This document shows positions 1 to 13,125 of a stretch of DNA of 64,000 nucleotides, one piece after another (the first letter of the stretch is position 1; each line of letters opens with the position of its first letter). The stretch is from Octopus vulgaris (taxonomy: Eukaryota), in assembly GCA_951406725.2 (NCBI GenBank), contig OX597818.1, forward strand, positions 62,806,001 through 62,870,000. Direction: 5' to 3'. A model generated the notes under the pieces. It was not told the origin of the DNA and searched no databases. It saw only the letters and a list, made by a program, of their open reading frames with translations. The position numbers and the translations under genes are program-made.

Positions 1-312
1 AAGACATAAATCCAGTGCTTGCAGAGAGCTGAAGTCTACTACGGAATGGTAACTTTGCATGTGCATAAGCGTTTTTGTGTATATCACTCAAGTGAGTGCT
101 CGTTAAATTTCAAACAGTAGCAAAATATGTGGCCGTAGGTGGGTAGCTGGAACTTATAAAGTGGATGTGGTCCGACCCACTCCGAGAGTAAGGAATTAAG
201 GGCCGAAAAAACAGCTATGAAGAAATCGTCTTCTCTGCGCTCATTTTGCTTCACAGCTCGCCTTAGCTTTTCGAATTATTTTTATATGTATATCTACACA
301 CACACATACACA

Positions 313-367
<55 letters not shown>

Positions 368-1442
368 TATATATGTGTCTAAATATACATACATTCAGAT
401 ACAGAAATCTATAGAGCTACATATACTGATGGAAAACTATATCAAAGAACCTTCTCATATTTCTATGAAAGAGAATATTAAAGTATTTATTTTGGAAAAT
501 TCCTACTCCTCCAGTATTTATATAAAATAATTCATCTGAATATATGAAATATAAAGATAAATTTTGCCCAAATATTATTCGTAATTTCATATTAAAAATC
601 AAACATGAAAGAGTGGCTACAAACACCTTATGTTCATTTTATTCATTAATATCTCTAGTTTGCAATTTGTAATAAAAGAGTTTTGGCAACAATGCCTCGG
701 TACAAAATTAGTAAAAAAGATACAAAAAATGAAGAAAAAAGAAAGAATCAGAATATTAGAAGGAAAACAAATTATAATGCTAAGAAAAAAAAACAAGATA
801 AAACAAGGAATTTATTAATTTATGTCTACTTTTTGAATAATGAGATGTTTTTTTTTTGTTTAATATATAATATGTTTTATTTCTAATTTTCATATATGTA
901 AATATCTGCGATCATATCTTGTCGGCAACACTTGTTATCATTCGAGTTTCATTAAAAAAAATTCTAATAGGCATTGCTTCAGTATTCAAATGGACTTCGT
1001 ATAATGATATAATAGGTTGGAATAAAACAGATCTTCTATTGTGCTATCACTCATAAATAATACGGCCTCAGTTTAAGAACACCGCATTGTATTTTGACTA
1101 TATCAACCTTAAATAATTCTTTCAGATTCTTAAGTTGCATGGTTCATAGCCCATACATGTCTGTCCGACGTCTAAGATTCACAAACAATAACAAATCTAA
1201 ATATATAAAATTTAATAAAACCTCGGATATAAAATATTGAAACGAAGATAAAAGTCACTCCCTAAACAACAAGAAATATAAGCCTGCATACATACATACC
1301 TACATACATACCTAGATTACATACATACCTACCTACCTACATACATACATGCATACATACATACGTACGTGCATACATGTATACATACATATATATGTAC
1401 GTACATATGCATGTATACACCTATCTGTGAATATAGCGAGAG

Positions 1443-2700
1443 TTTACGAATAAAACAAAAGACGAAGACAGGCGGTGTACAAAACAAACAGATGTATTAG
1501 AATAACGCCCAGGAATAGAAAAAAGTATTTTACGTTTCGAGCCAACGCTCTTCTAAAGAAAGGGACACAGAAAAAACAAGGAGAGAAAAAAATGTGTGTA
1601 GTGGCTAACGATCTGTGAATATAAACATATAAACGTATATATATGCGTGCTATGAACAATGCAATTGAAAATCTCACTTCTTTCTAGTCCATAAGTAATT
1701 CGTTGCATGCCATGGTAGAGTGTGCAGTGACAGGGTACAGTATCGTGGAGGAATATGACGGGGCGAGTGTGTCCCGATGCCTATGGCCCTTTATACTTTC
1801 AATACACTCCCTGCTCTAGTTCTTCAAGAAAATCTGATTGGCCAACATGTAGACAATTTCTAAATATACACCAAGGATATGGCTGCTATGAAGAAACGAT
1901 AGAGCCATTTTAGGACAATCACGAAGATATAGAAATGTAGATTTACCAGGATATGTGTTCTTACATGGTTGTATAGCGACGAAGAATCACAATCGCTTCT
2001 CAAGACGTTACTACCGATGGCCTGAATATTGTCTCGTCAGCCGATGAGAAATTCTACATAAATATTTAAAAATTGATGAAAATATTTCCTATGATAGAAC
2101 CTGTAGTAAGGAACGTGTAACCGAGGAGGAGTATAACGCCAGGTTAAAAAAGGAAAGGTCCCTACAAGTTCCTGCATGCAATAAATTCCTATCTCACAAT
2201 GTTTCTGCCGACTTCGTCCCGAAAGCATTTGGGCTGTTCAGTAGGTCACTAGATGAGATCCAAATTGTTATTAAAACTTCCAAAGTGAAAACTTCTACCG
2301 GAAATTTCGATACCCACAATGATATACATAGTACATAGCCTTTACTTTAAATGAAAGAAGGCGGTAGAAGTGGCATTCATCGAAACCAGCCGTTAGTTTT
2401 CGCATAATATTCCTTCAACGTCATCCACTAACTGCCTACCGTCTAAGTCCTCTCATGGATCATGTGTCTGCATACATTAAACGTGGGTTAGAATGGAAAT
2501 TGTTGGAAAGGAGTCTATATCTGATTACCCGTAATATACACCCACAGACGTACCCGCTTTACATTAGCAGCCCAGAACAGATGATGTGTAAATGCCAGCA
2601 AAATTTTAAGCATCCGTATACTCTTCAAAGTGACTTCTACATTGACAAATGGAGTAGTCTATCCTATAAAAACAACCAGCATAGCTGATGTTTCTTTAAT
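1443..2700 (-). mobile_element. Highly decayed Penelope-like retroelement (RT C-terminus and GIY-YIG relic, then a pLTR with a degenerate hammerhead-like motif)
   Basis: On the minus strand, broken frames give GTFP.. and YV..SHRL..H, loosely resembling the GIY-YIG region. The terminal segment 1443-1615 reads ..GAAGAGC-GTTG-GCTC-GAAACGTA.. and recurs at 7530-7608 (opposite strand) and about 53990-54040. Confidence 0.4.
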
Positions 2701-2794
2701 GAACATGATTTCGTAATAGAGAAGAACTAACCACCAAATACAGAAACGTGATATGTAAAGAAAGATATAGGGAGTAAGTCATACTTGCGGCTAG

Positions 2795-3176
2795 TGGAAG
2801 CACTCCGTCGGTTACGACGACGAGGGTTCCGGTTGATCCGAATCAACGGAACAGGTTGCTCGTGAAATTAACGTGTAAGTGGCTGAGCACTCCACAGACA
2901 CGTGTACCCTTAACGTAGTTCTCGGGGATATTCAGCGTGACACAGAGAGTGACAAGACCGGCTCCTTGAAATACAGGTACAACAGAAACAGGAAGTAAGA
3001 GTGAGAGACAGTTGTGGTGAAAGAGTACAGCAGGGATCACCACCATCCCCTGCCGGAGCCTCGTGGAGCTTTTAGGTGTTTTCGCTCAATAAACACTCAC
3101 AGCACCCGGTCTGGGAATCGAAACCGCGATCCTATGACCGCGAGTCTGCTGCCCTAACCACTGGGCCATTGCGCCT
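2795..3176 (-). mobile_element. SINE family A, full length (tRNA-derived head)
   Basis: The minus strand starts aggcgcaatggcccagtggttagggcag (A box) and contains ggtttcgattcc (B box). Target-site duplication (TSD) tactt(g/a)cggctagt on both sides. Near-identical copies occur at 11693, 26151 and 54527. Confidence 0.9.
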
Positions 3177-3442
3177 ACTTACGGCTAGTATATATGAAGG
3201 CAATGAGCTGGCAAAATCGTTAACATGCCGAAGAATATGATTAGCGGCGTTTCGTGTGTCCGTATATGAAGTCTACGTCGCATTGCATCCATTCGAGGGC
3301 GATGAAATATGTACCAGTTTAGACCTGGGAGTACCTGTAACCGACTACCCTGATAAATTCCACTCCATTTTTTCATAGAAATATACATAGTGTTTCAAAT
3401 TGAAGCGACCTCACTTGCCTATCAATTATTTTCTGCTTTAGT

Positions 3443-4456
3443 AAGGCGGCGAGCTGGCAGAAACATTAGCACGCCGGGCGAACTGCTTTGCGGTATTTCG
3501 TCTGCTGCTACATTCTGAGTTCAAATTCCGCCGAGGTCGACTTTGCCTTTCATCCTTTCGGGGTCCATAAATTAAGTACCAGTTACGCACTGGGGTCGGT
3601 GTAATCGACTTATGACCTATGTCTCTCCTTGTTTGTCCCCTCTATGTTTAGCCCCTTGTGGGTAATAAAGAAATAGGTATTTCGCTTGTCGTTACGTTGT
3701 GAGTTCAAATTCCGCCGAGGTTGACTTTGCCTTTCATCCTTTCGGAGTCGATAAATTAAGTACCAGTTACGCACTGGGGTCGATGTAATCGAATTAATAC
3801 CTATGTCTGTCCTTGTTTGTCCTCTCTGTGTTTAGCCCCTTGTGGGTAATAAAGAAATAGGTATTTCGTCTGCTGCTACGTTCTGAGTTCAAATTCCGCT
3901 GAGGTCGACTTTGCCTTTCATCCTTTCGGGGTCGATTAAATAAGTACCAGTTACGCACTGGGGTCGCTATAATCGCATTAATCCGTTTGTCTGTCCTTGT
4001 TTGTCCCCTCTGTGTATAGTCCCTTGTGGGTACTAATGAAATAGGTATTTCGTCTGTCTTTAGGTGCTGAGTTCAAATCCCGCCGAGGTCGACTTTGTCT
4101 TTCATCATTCTAGGGTCGATCAAATAAGTACCAGTTACGCACTGGGGTCGATGTATTCGACATTAACCCTTTATCTTTCCTTGTTTGTCCCCTTTGTCCC
4201 CTGTGGGCAATAAAGGAACAAATATCTTTCGTTTTAGTAAGACGGCGAGCTGGCAGAAACGTTAGCACGCCGGGCGAAGTACTTAGCAGCATTTCGTCTG
4301 TCACTATGTTCTGAGTTCAAATTCCGTAGAGGTCGACTTTGCCTTTCATCCTTTCGGGGTCGATAAATTAAGTACCAGTTGCGTACTGGTGTCGATCTAA
4401 TCGACGGACCGCCTTCCCCAAAATTTCGAACCTTGTGCCTAGAATAGAAAAGAATA
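3443..4456 (+). mobile_element. SINE family B tandem cluster: head plus four 184-nt internal units, followed by a second copy with a different tail
   Basis: Head aggcggcgagctggcagaaac; B box gagttcaaattcc; core gtcgactttgcctttcatcctttcggggtcgataaattaagtaccag. Units restart at ggtatttcg at 3492, 3676, 3860 and 4044. The second head is at about 4240. Confidence 0.9.
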
Positions 4457-5193
4457 TCTTCTGTTTAGTATTTTACACATTCAGTAGCTAAAATTTTTGA
4501 GAATATGGAAGACAGTATTTTGCGAAAAAATCAGTTTCTCTGCCATATTGGTAATCAGAATGAAAGAATGTACGGACATTCTGTGCAATGGAGAGAAATT
4601 AGCATATACTTATTGAAACACGCAGAAGGAATTGAATTCGTGTATGTGCATGCGCAACAAGCGTAAGTCAATAGGAATTGAATTTGAGAGATGTTTTGAA
4701 CAATTTCAATAAATCTTTAGAAATTCAACAGCATGCTTATGATAAATTCTAAGATGCATTATTGATCGGGTGAAGGTCCTATCTTTATAAAGCACTCTTG
4801 CTTACCAATACTAACAACAAAAATATTATCCGAAAGTAATCAGCAATATGAATTATCAAAACTTCTTTACTATTAGAAGGACTTGAATCGGATTAACAGG
4901 ATAAATATTTCACGTTGGCTAAAGTGTGCTCTTAAGTTTATTGTAGCAATGCAGGCAGCTGCTGATAGCCAAGAAATTCATGAAATACTGCGTTGTTTAG
5001 AAGTGAAATTAAGCGATTCCTTGCAATGAAAAAAAGAAGCCGGGGATATATTTTTCTTATTGAAATCATTAACCAGTGTTCTATGATGTCCAACGACACT
5101 CTTTGAATCATTCACGAGAAGGTCCTTGTTTTTATTAACGGGGATTTTGAAACCAAAAGAATGAAAAGAGTGACATGACTGTGTGGTGTGGTA

Positions 5194-5360
5194 TAGGCGC
5201 AGGCGTGGCTGTGTGGTGAGAAGTTTGTTTTCCGACCATATTATCTCAGTTTCGGTTCCGGCACGTGCCAACTTCGGCAAGTGTCTTCTATTATAGCCTC
5301 GGTTCGACCAAACTCTTGTGAGTGGAATCAGTAGTCGGAAACTGAAAGAAGCCCATCGTT
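5194..5360 (+). mobile_element. SINE family C, 5' half
   Basis: aggcgcaggcgtggctgtgtggtgagaag...ggaaactgaaagaagccc, homologous to the full copy at 14997. Confidence 0.75.
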
Positions 5361-5401
5361 TACGTATGTGTATACATACATACATACATACACACACATA
5401 C

Positions 5402-5489
<88 letters not shown>

Positions 5490-5494
5490 GTGCG

Positions 5495-5692
5495 TGACTT
5501 GGTGGTTAGAGCATTCGGCTCACGATCGTAGAGTTTCGAGTTCGATTCGCGGCTGAGCAATACACTTTATTTCACGTTGCTCTAGTCCACTCAACTGGCA
5601 AAAGTGAGTTGTACCTGTACTTCAAGGGGCCAGCCCTGTCACATTCTGGGTCACGTTGAATCTCCTTGAGATGTATGTGAAGGGGTACGCGA
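5495..5692 (+). mobile_element. Older SINE related to family A (tRNA head, shared gtacctgta..gtcac body)
   Basis: tggtggttagagc A-box-like, gagttcgattc B box, and a body similar to family A. Confidence 0.6.
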
Positions 5693-6229
5693 ATATATAT
5701 ATATATATATATTATCCGAAATACACCGGTTTAGGGAATCAGTAAGTTTTATGCGTGTACACAGTGTGTATAAATGACAAATGATGACAATATACGTTTT
5801 ATAACCGTCCTATGCTATACATTCGCGCCATATTGAAATCAATGGAAACTTCGATTGGCTGACATTTTAAGAAATAAGATTGCTAGATATGCGAATAAAA
5901 ATGTCAGTAAGTAAGAAATGGAAAAGGTATAAAACGACTACATATGTTTCGAAGCTGAACGCTCTTTGTTACATAACTTGTAAGACACACAAAACATATT
6001 TAGCTGATCCTCAGGTCATTACGATCAGCTAAACAGATTGTAAATGTCTTTTTTACCCTTCATTCCTTATATATACACTTATATACACACACAAAACGCA
6101 ATGACCCGCGGGAGATGGGGGAACTTAGCTCTTTAGCTGTTCATGAATTGGAACGTAACATTGTAACATCATACAAACCTTTCATCCGTTTGTTACTAGT
6201 CACATGGCATTTGTTGCAACCGACAAATG

Positions 6230-6800
6230 CAAATCAGAAGAAGTAGAAATTGGGACTGGGTCTCTGAAATCAATGACGGCTATCATAATATTCAAAATAC
6301 TGGCATCGCCAACAGAAAAACTACAGCTTTGAATCTGGTCACAAGAGACGGTAGAGTGATGGTTTCTTGCATACTGCCTTTAATATCTCTTGGCAGTCGG
6401 ACACAATTAACAAGATTTTATGTAGCCGTCTTCCGAAGAATCAAATCTCAACGGAAAGTGTCATCTAGCTCTTGCGGGACATGCGATAAGACATATCCGT
6501 TCTTGACCTATGATAACACTCTTGGGCATGGTCACTCGAACCTGACCCTCAAGAAAACCATGAAGGAGCCTCATGTTGTGACCACGATTCTAGAAGTTAT
6601 CAAGATGCAGGGTTTGTATGATGTCACATTCCTTTTCGTCAATTCTAAGAAATCCTTTGTTGGGGTCCTGATTTATTCCTTAGATGGGATCCCGATACCT
6701 TAGAACAGAGCTGAAGACAATGGTGTCTAAGAGACGGTTCCACACTCCTCGCACGCACGAAACTACTGAACCAGATTCCCATTACTAGATGCAGGGCCTC
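6230..6800 (+). pseudogene. Decayed non-LTR (RTE-like) reverse transcriptase fragment
   Basis: ORF 6227-6703 contains AVFRRIKSQ (cf. QAGFRxxRST) and LFVNSKKSF (cf. FVDFKKAFD). Confidence 0.5.
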
Positions 6801-7605
6801 GATATCAAAATACTCACATAGATATATAAATTAGAGTTGATCATTAACTATTTCAAGTCTATAAGTCAGGAATGATCTGTTAAATCTCTGAATGCAACAA
6901 CAAAACCAACAGCAACAACATCAAAAGCAACAATAGCAAAGACAAGAACAATAACAGCAACAACAGCAACAACACGCTCAAAACTTCTCTTTCAAATAAA
7001 TAACATGGAAACAAATTGCCAATTGTACCGTAAACAATTACTCTTGATTATTCTAAAGCTGAAAACCAGCAGTGCACCCTAAGGGAAAATATATAACAAT
7101 TTGTTCAAGGTTTTTCAGAAATACTTTCAAAGATGTTATCAATAAACAAAATAAGTGAGCGAAAACGAGAGACAAACAGTGAAACAAATATAGAATATTC
7201 ACATTAAGTGGATTCGAGTCGTTAATGTTAGATAACGATAATACGGCGTCAAATCAAAGTGTGACTCATTTCTCAAGAGCATAGCACTTCCGTGTCGGCT
7301 GCTACCTGCAGATTTTACGATGCTCCGTCCGTCGTTCGTTACGTTTGCAAAAATGAACATTGCCTTATTTATTTATCTATTTTCTTCTTCCTGTCTGCTT
7401 TTCTGATATATATATATATATTTATATATATATATATATATGAATATATGTGTATGTATATAAATATAAATATACACACATACATATATATATTCATATT
7501 TATATACATACATATATATATATTTCTATTCTTGAGCGTTATACTAATACATCTATTTGTTTTGTACACCACATGTCTTCGTCTTTTGGTTTTTTCGTAA
7601 ACTCT

Positions 7606-7647
<42 letters not shown>

Positions 7648-8044
7648 GTATGCGTGTGTGTATGTATGAGTGTGTATACAATATATGTATATACAATATA
7701 CATGCATACACTGACATTTACACACATATAGCTACATCGGATATCTTCGTTTTGCAAGGAATGGTTCGGAGATGTGACGCATATAACTTGAATCAATTTG
7801 CGTATTTCAGTATTTTCTACAAACGAGCAATGATTTATTTCGACAAAAGCTTTATCATATTTATAATACCTTTTAGTGCGGTTTTATCAATCTTCAAATC
7901 ACCGCATTAAACCATTTACACAAATGTATTCCAACTTAATACCACATATTATAATCTTCAATCCTAGCTTACGATTGAAATTGCGTATTGCATACAATTT
8001 GATAGTTATCATTACTTCAATACTAAAATGTCTAGGTATACGCA

Positions 8045-8437
8045 CACGCATTTTTGTGTGGTAGGCAACTTGCTTCCTAGGCGCTTGGTTCCAGGTTCAG
8101 TCCTACTGCATGACTACATGGGCAAGGGTTTCCTTTTATAGTCTCGCGTGGACCAAAGACTTGTGAGGGTATTTGGTGAACGGAAACTGAAAGAAGCACA
8201 TTGTATCTATATATACATATATATTTGCGTGTATGTATATATATATATATATATGTATATTTCCACAGGGAGCTAAACGTAGAGGGGACAAACAAGGACA
8301 CATAAAGGGATTAAGTCGATTACATTGACCCCCAGTTCTTATTTAATCTGCCCCGAACTTATGAAAGGCAATGTCGACACCGGTGGAATTTGAACTCAGA
8401 ACGTAAAGGCAGACGAAATACCGCTGAGCATATGCAT

Positions 8438-8504
<67 letters not shown>

Positions 8505-8529
8505 TATATATATGCATATATATATATGC

Positions 8530-8600
<71 letters not shown>

Positions 8601-8900
8601 TGTGTGCGTGTATATACGTTTGTATGTGTGACTTTGTGTATGTGTTTTTTTTTACATATGTGTATCTCTTTGTATTTGTGCTTGTTCCTAGTGACTGCCA
8701 TCGAACCGGTTTTGGTGTGTTTACGTCACCACAACTTAGCGGTTCAGCGAAAGACAAGGATCATATAAGTGCCATGCTTCAATGAAATAAAGAAGAAAAA
8801 AAACGTTCTGGGGCCTAGTGATTGTCTAAAATTCCAGAAGGCGATGCTGCAGCGTGGCCGCAGTCTAATAACTGAAATAAGTAAAGGACGTAAGATAAAA
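8045..8900 (+). mobile_element. SINE family C interrupted by an antisense family B copy (8262-8430) and by microsatellites
   Basis: The 5' half is at 8045-8200 and the 3' half (ggtgtgtttacgtcac..aactgaaataagtaaa) at 8690-8900. The family B core is on the minus strand between them. Confidence 0.7.
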
Positions 8901-9809
8901 AAAAACAAAAAAACATCTGATTCAATAAATGTAAATTAACACATAAGAATTTGTTGGCTTTTGGTGATTACCAAACCGTTACAACCCTAAAATTTAGAAT
9001 TTCACGTAATTAATCTCATTTCATTTTGTCAGATCACGTGTGTAACACGCAATTACAAACATTGTGTCGTTTTGCAGTGAAATTTAAAAAAAGAAAAGTA
9101 TGTGCGAAGAATAGTTAAATCAAGAAATTCCAATTCAAGTCATTTTAAGTGTGTCTGGTAAGGTGCAAAACGTAATAAGCTTTCACATTTTACAACGAGA
9201 GAAACAATATGAAAGAAAATAAAAAAAACGAAAAATAAATATTTCAAAAACCATTGAAATTGTCAGAAAAAGTTAGACTTTTAACAATGATTTGCGGTGA
9301 TTACATTATTTTATGTCTGCATCAGATAGAAAGGTTATAGTAAGCCCAATTACTTTTTCGAATAAAGCTATAATTATGAGCCAAACACCATATCGAGTTA
9401 CTGACATGTAATAAGCAGTCATATTTCATATTAATGTTCTAATTAAACCGATGATTACATCACTACGAAATGAAATGTTAGGCTAAATGATTGAGGTGCC
9501 AATGCTGCAGATGCAGAACAATATTAGAAAGTAAAACAACTTGAAACTAATCTTTTTTTTTTTACCTGTTTTCTTTTCGTTGTTTGATGAATTGAATTAA
9601 AACAGTACATATATGTTTGAAAGTTTTAATTTGTTGAAGAAGGTAACAAAGTTATTAAATTTAGAAGACATTGAATGTCTCAGTAAAACCATAATTAGCA
9701 CTAAAATCACTGAAATATTCTTCATTTGATCAAATGAATATCTTCAGACTATGAAACGAAGAAACAACAATTTATGTTCCATCATGATTTCAAGGTGACA
9801 TGGCGACTT

Positions 9810-10260
9810 ACTGACTTTCGTCTGTCTTTACGTCCCGAGCTCACAGGCCGACTATGTCGACTTTGCCTTTCATCCTTTCGAGGTCGATAAATAAAGTGCC
9901 AGTTTCACACTGGGGTCGATGTAATCGACTTAATCCGTTTGTCTGTCCTTGTTTGTCTCCTCTATGTTTAGCCCTTTGTGGGTAGTAAAGAAATATATGT
10001 CGACTTTGCCTTTCATCCTTTCGATATCGATAAAATAATTAACCACACTGGGGTCGATGTAATCGACAATCCGTTTGTCTGTCCTTGTTTGTCTCCTCTA
10101 TGTTTAGCCCTTTGTGGGTAGTAAAGAAATATATGTCGACTTTGCCTTTCATCCTTTCGATATCGATAAAATAATTACAACTTGAGAACTGGGGTCGATG
10201 TAATTGACTTTCTCCCTCTGTCGAAATTACTGGACTCTTACCAAAATTTGAAACCAGTCT
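9810..10260 (+). mobile_element. SINE family B, headless tandem of three units
   Basis: Repeated gtcgactttgcctttcatcctttcg and tgtctgtccttgtttgtc..aaagaaata blocks. Confidence 0.8.
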
Positions 10261-10827
10261 TTCAAAGTGAGGAATCGGAAAATTCATTAGAGCGTCGAGT
10301 TGAATAATTTTCAATTGACATTAAGACCTATTGGCTTGCGTAGTTACTGTTGATAAATGGAAACAATGGTAACATTCTTGACAGATAAAGTACCAGCCCA
10401 CGGCCCTATCCCTGTTCCTTGGTATTTAGAATTTCAGACGTTTGACCTTGTTACAGAATGTTACAGTAATTCTGCGCAAGGATTACATATCGGCAGAATG
10501 CATAGCTATTAATCCGTTAATCTCTCCAGTACAAATACAGTTGATGGAAAAATCAAATATTCATCGTGAATTGCAACGGAGGATTTTCCCATTACAGTAT
10601 TTTACGAAAATAAAGGAAAGGTGCAGAGATCTTTCAAGCTGAAAGTATCATCACACATTATAATAGAGACGTAATACTGAAATAGTGTAAGAGATAAAAC
10701 ATTGTTCTGGGCTCGCATTAGGCAAGAAGTTGGAATTTATTTTGGCTCATGTCCACTGCATGGACCTTGGCTTTTGTATTTGACAGCTGTTGCTTTAAGT
10801 ATTTTCTTGCGATTTTATGTATATATG

Positions 10828-11398
10828 TATGTATGAGCCAATGACGGAAACCTCTACATGGTGGTCAGACCTATTAGAAATAGCAGCCAAAGCTCCCTCA
10901 AAACACCCTACTGTCTTAATCCGGCATTTCTGCTTCTTATGTAGTTTGAACGAGAAATTGTAACTAAAGATTAATATTATTAACCCAAAAATTTTACGCG
11001 TTTTATTAGCAATCAATTTGTTTTCTCTTTTTTGCGTTGTTTTTCACGTCAGCTGTAAAGGTGAAGAGGGTTAACTTGGACGCTGTTAAGTAGTCCGGGG
11101 ATGTTTGGTAATTGTATGTGGTGGTCATTTTTGACTGTTCCTTCTCAATAAGAGTAAGAGAGAGAGAGTATATGTATGAGCCAATGACGGAAACCTCTAC
11201 ATGGTGGTCAGACCTATTAGAAATAGCAGCCAAAGCTCCCTCAAAACACCCTACTGTCTTAATCCGGCATTTCTGCTTCTTATGTAGTTTGAACGAGAAA
11301 TTGTAACTAAAGATTAATATTATTAACCCAAAAATTTTACGCGTTTTATTAGCAATCAATTTGTTTTCTCTTTTTTGCGTTGTTTTTCACGTCAGCTG
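10828..11398. repeat. Direct duplication of about 228 nt (10828-11055 and 11171-11398; period 343)
   Basis: Both copies read tatgtatgagccaatgacgg...ttttcacgtcagctg and give identical ORF translations. Confidence 0.9.
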
Positions 11399-11645
11399 GC
11401 GAAATGAATGATATCTGCCGGTTGTCTGTGCAAACTCGTTGCTTTAAATGGCGGAACAAACAGGAAAAATAGATTACAAAATTAGCGACTCTCACTTTGA
11501 AACTAACAATTTTGAAAGTGCTTTTACATTCTCGGGACGCCCCGCTCTCTCGTGTAGCCATGCTTAAAATTTCAGCGCGATTGGATGAACAATACTCGAG
11601 TTATAAGCGTACAAACAGACAGACATAGTGAATATATAGTATATA
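11300..11645 (+). mobile_element. Helitron/Helentron-type non-autonomous element 3' end
   Basis: aaaatttcagcgcgattggatgaac..gagttataagcgtacaaacagacagac..atatagtat resembles the Lep1/DINE-type terminus with an (ACAG)n repeat. Confidence 0.4.
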
Positions 11646-11692
11646 TATTATGTGTGTTCGTGTGTGTCTGTGCGTGTGTGTGTGTATGTGGG

Positions 11693-12068
11693 TGGAAGCA
11701 CTCCGTCAGTTACGATGACGAGGGTTCCGGTTGATCCGATCAACGGAACAGCCTGCTCGTGAAATTAACGTGTAAGTGGCTGAGCGCTCCACAGACACGT
11801 GTACCCTTAACGTAGTTCTCGGGGATATTCAGCGTGACACAGAGAGTGACAAGGCCGGCCCTTTGAAATACAGGTACAACAGAAACAGGAAGTAAGAGTG
11901 AGAGAAAGTTGTAGTGAAAGAGTACAGCAGGGATCACCACCATCCCCTGCCGGAGCCTCATGGAGCTTTAGGTGTTTTCGCTCAATAAACACTCACAACG
12001 CCCGGTCTGGGAATCGAAACCGCGATCCTACGACCGCGAGTCCGCTGCCCTAACCACTGGGCCATTGC
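11693..12068 (-). mobile_element. SINE family A, full length
   Basis: Near-identical to 2795-3176. Confidence 0.9.
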
Positions 12069-12399
12069 AGTGAATGTGTGAACAGACCACTAAGTATGAA
12101 TGCCCGTCAAAATAGTCAGCAATGCCTGGGCATTTTACGAAAAATTATAGACACCTCATAGACTCTTATAACCCAGTTGATATGATCCAAATGTAAGATA
12201 TCTAGTGCCAACGTGGGTCCCAGGCTCAGGAATGTGTAAGTGCCGTGATCTCAAGCACAAACAAACTGAGCCCCCTTATGTCCAGAGACTTTCCCCGCAT
12301 ATCCAGTTTTATAATAGAATGATATATCCAGTTTTATAATAGAATGATATATAATAGAATGACAAATCTTGCAGGATACCTCATGTCCAGTAGTATTTC

Positions 12400-12760
12400 A
12401 ACTTGCCAAACGCGAACCCACAGTTTTTGAGAGCCCCTGTTAATGTTATATTGTCATTGAATGTTTTGCAAACATTGATGCAATAGTGCACAGCACCTAT
12501 TACGCAGAACTGGACATATTGTTCGGATGAATGATCAAAGTATCTACAAACAGATGATTATGGAAAGTGAATCCTGCAGAACCCAAGCCAATGGTTTAAG
12601 GATTGTAGAAATTTTCTTTGAATTCCTGTGAGATATGGGAACTGAAGTGGGAAAGCAATGGTTGCCATTGCCAGTAAAGGCGTAAACGAATAAACGAACG
12701 AGCGAGAGGTTTTGATGAAAAACGGCTCGAAAACGAATTCCCACTGCAGTGAATAGGAAG
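12400..12760 (+). pseudogene. RTE-clade LINE ORF C-terminal remnant
   Basis: Reads LLRRTGHIVRMNDQSIYKQM (cf. LRWAGHVxRMxDxRxPKQ), with frameshifts. Confidence 0.55.
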
Positions 12761-12782
12761 AGATTCTATCAGCAGCAGCAGC

Positions 12783-13125
12783 AGAGGTGCAATGGCCCAG
12801 TGGTTAGGGCAGTGGACTCGCGGTTGGAGGATCGCGGTTTCGATTCCCAGACCAGGCGTTGTGTGTGTTTATTGAGCGAAATCACCTAAAGCTCCACGAG
12901 GCTCCGGCATAGGATGGTAGCGATCCCTGCTGTACTCTTTCGTCACAACTTTCTCTCACTCTTTCTTCCTGTTTCTTGTCCCCGACTTCCTACGCAACCG
13001 CTGTGCCTGGATGCGCATTCATCCATCCGCCGATGCTCGCGGTGTCGGGGTTTGACCTGCTTTCTCTTCTGTGGGTCTTACGAATAGCACTACGGGACGA
13101 AGACCGCTTCGCTCAACAAACAAGC
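12783..13125 (+). mobile_element. SINE family A head and body with alternative 3' tail (variant 2)
   Basis: Matches family A to cttcctgtttctt (about 12976), then switches to an unrelated GC-rich tail ending caacaaacaagc. Confidence 0.7.

Noticed and set aside
1-270. Possible mariner transposase relic on the minus strand (IHKNAYAH, cf. HDNAxxH)
   Set aside because: Too degenerate, and truncated by the window edge, to support a call.
3443-4456. Regularly spaced repeats resembling a CRISPR array
   Set aside because: Whole 184-nt units repeat without unique spacers, they are dispersed SINE copies, and there are no cas genes.
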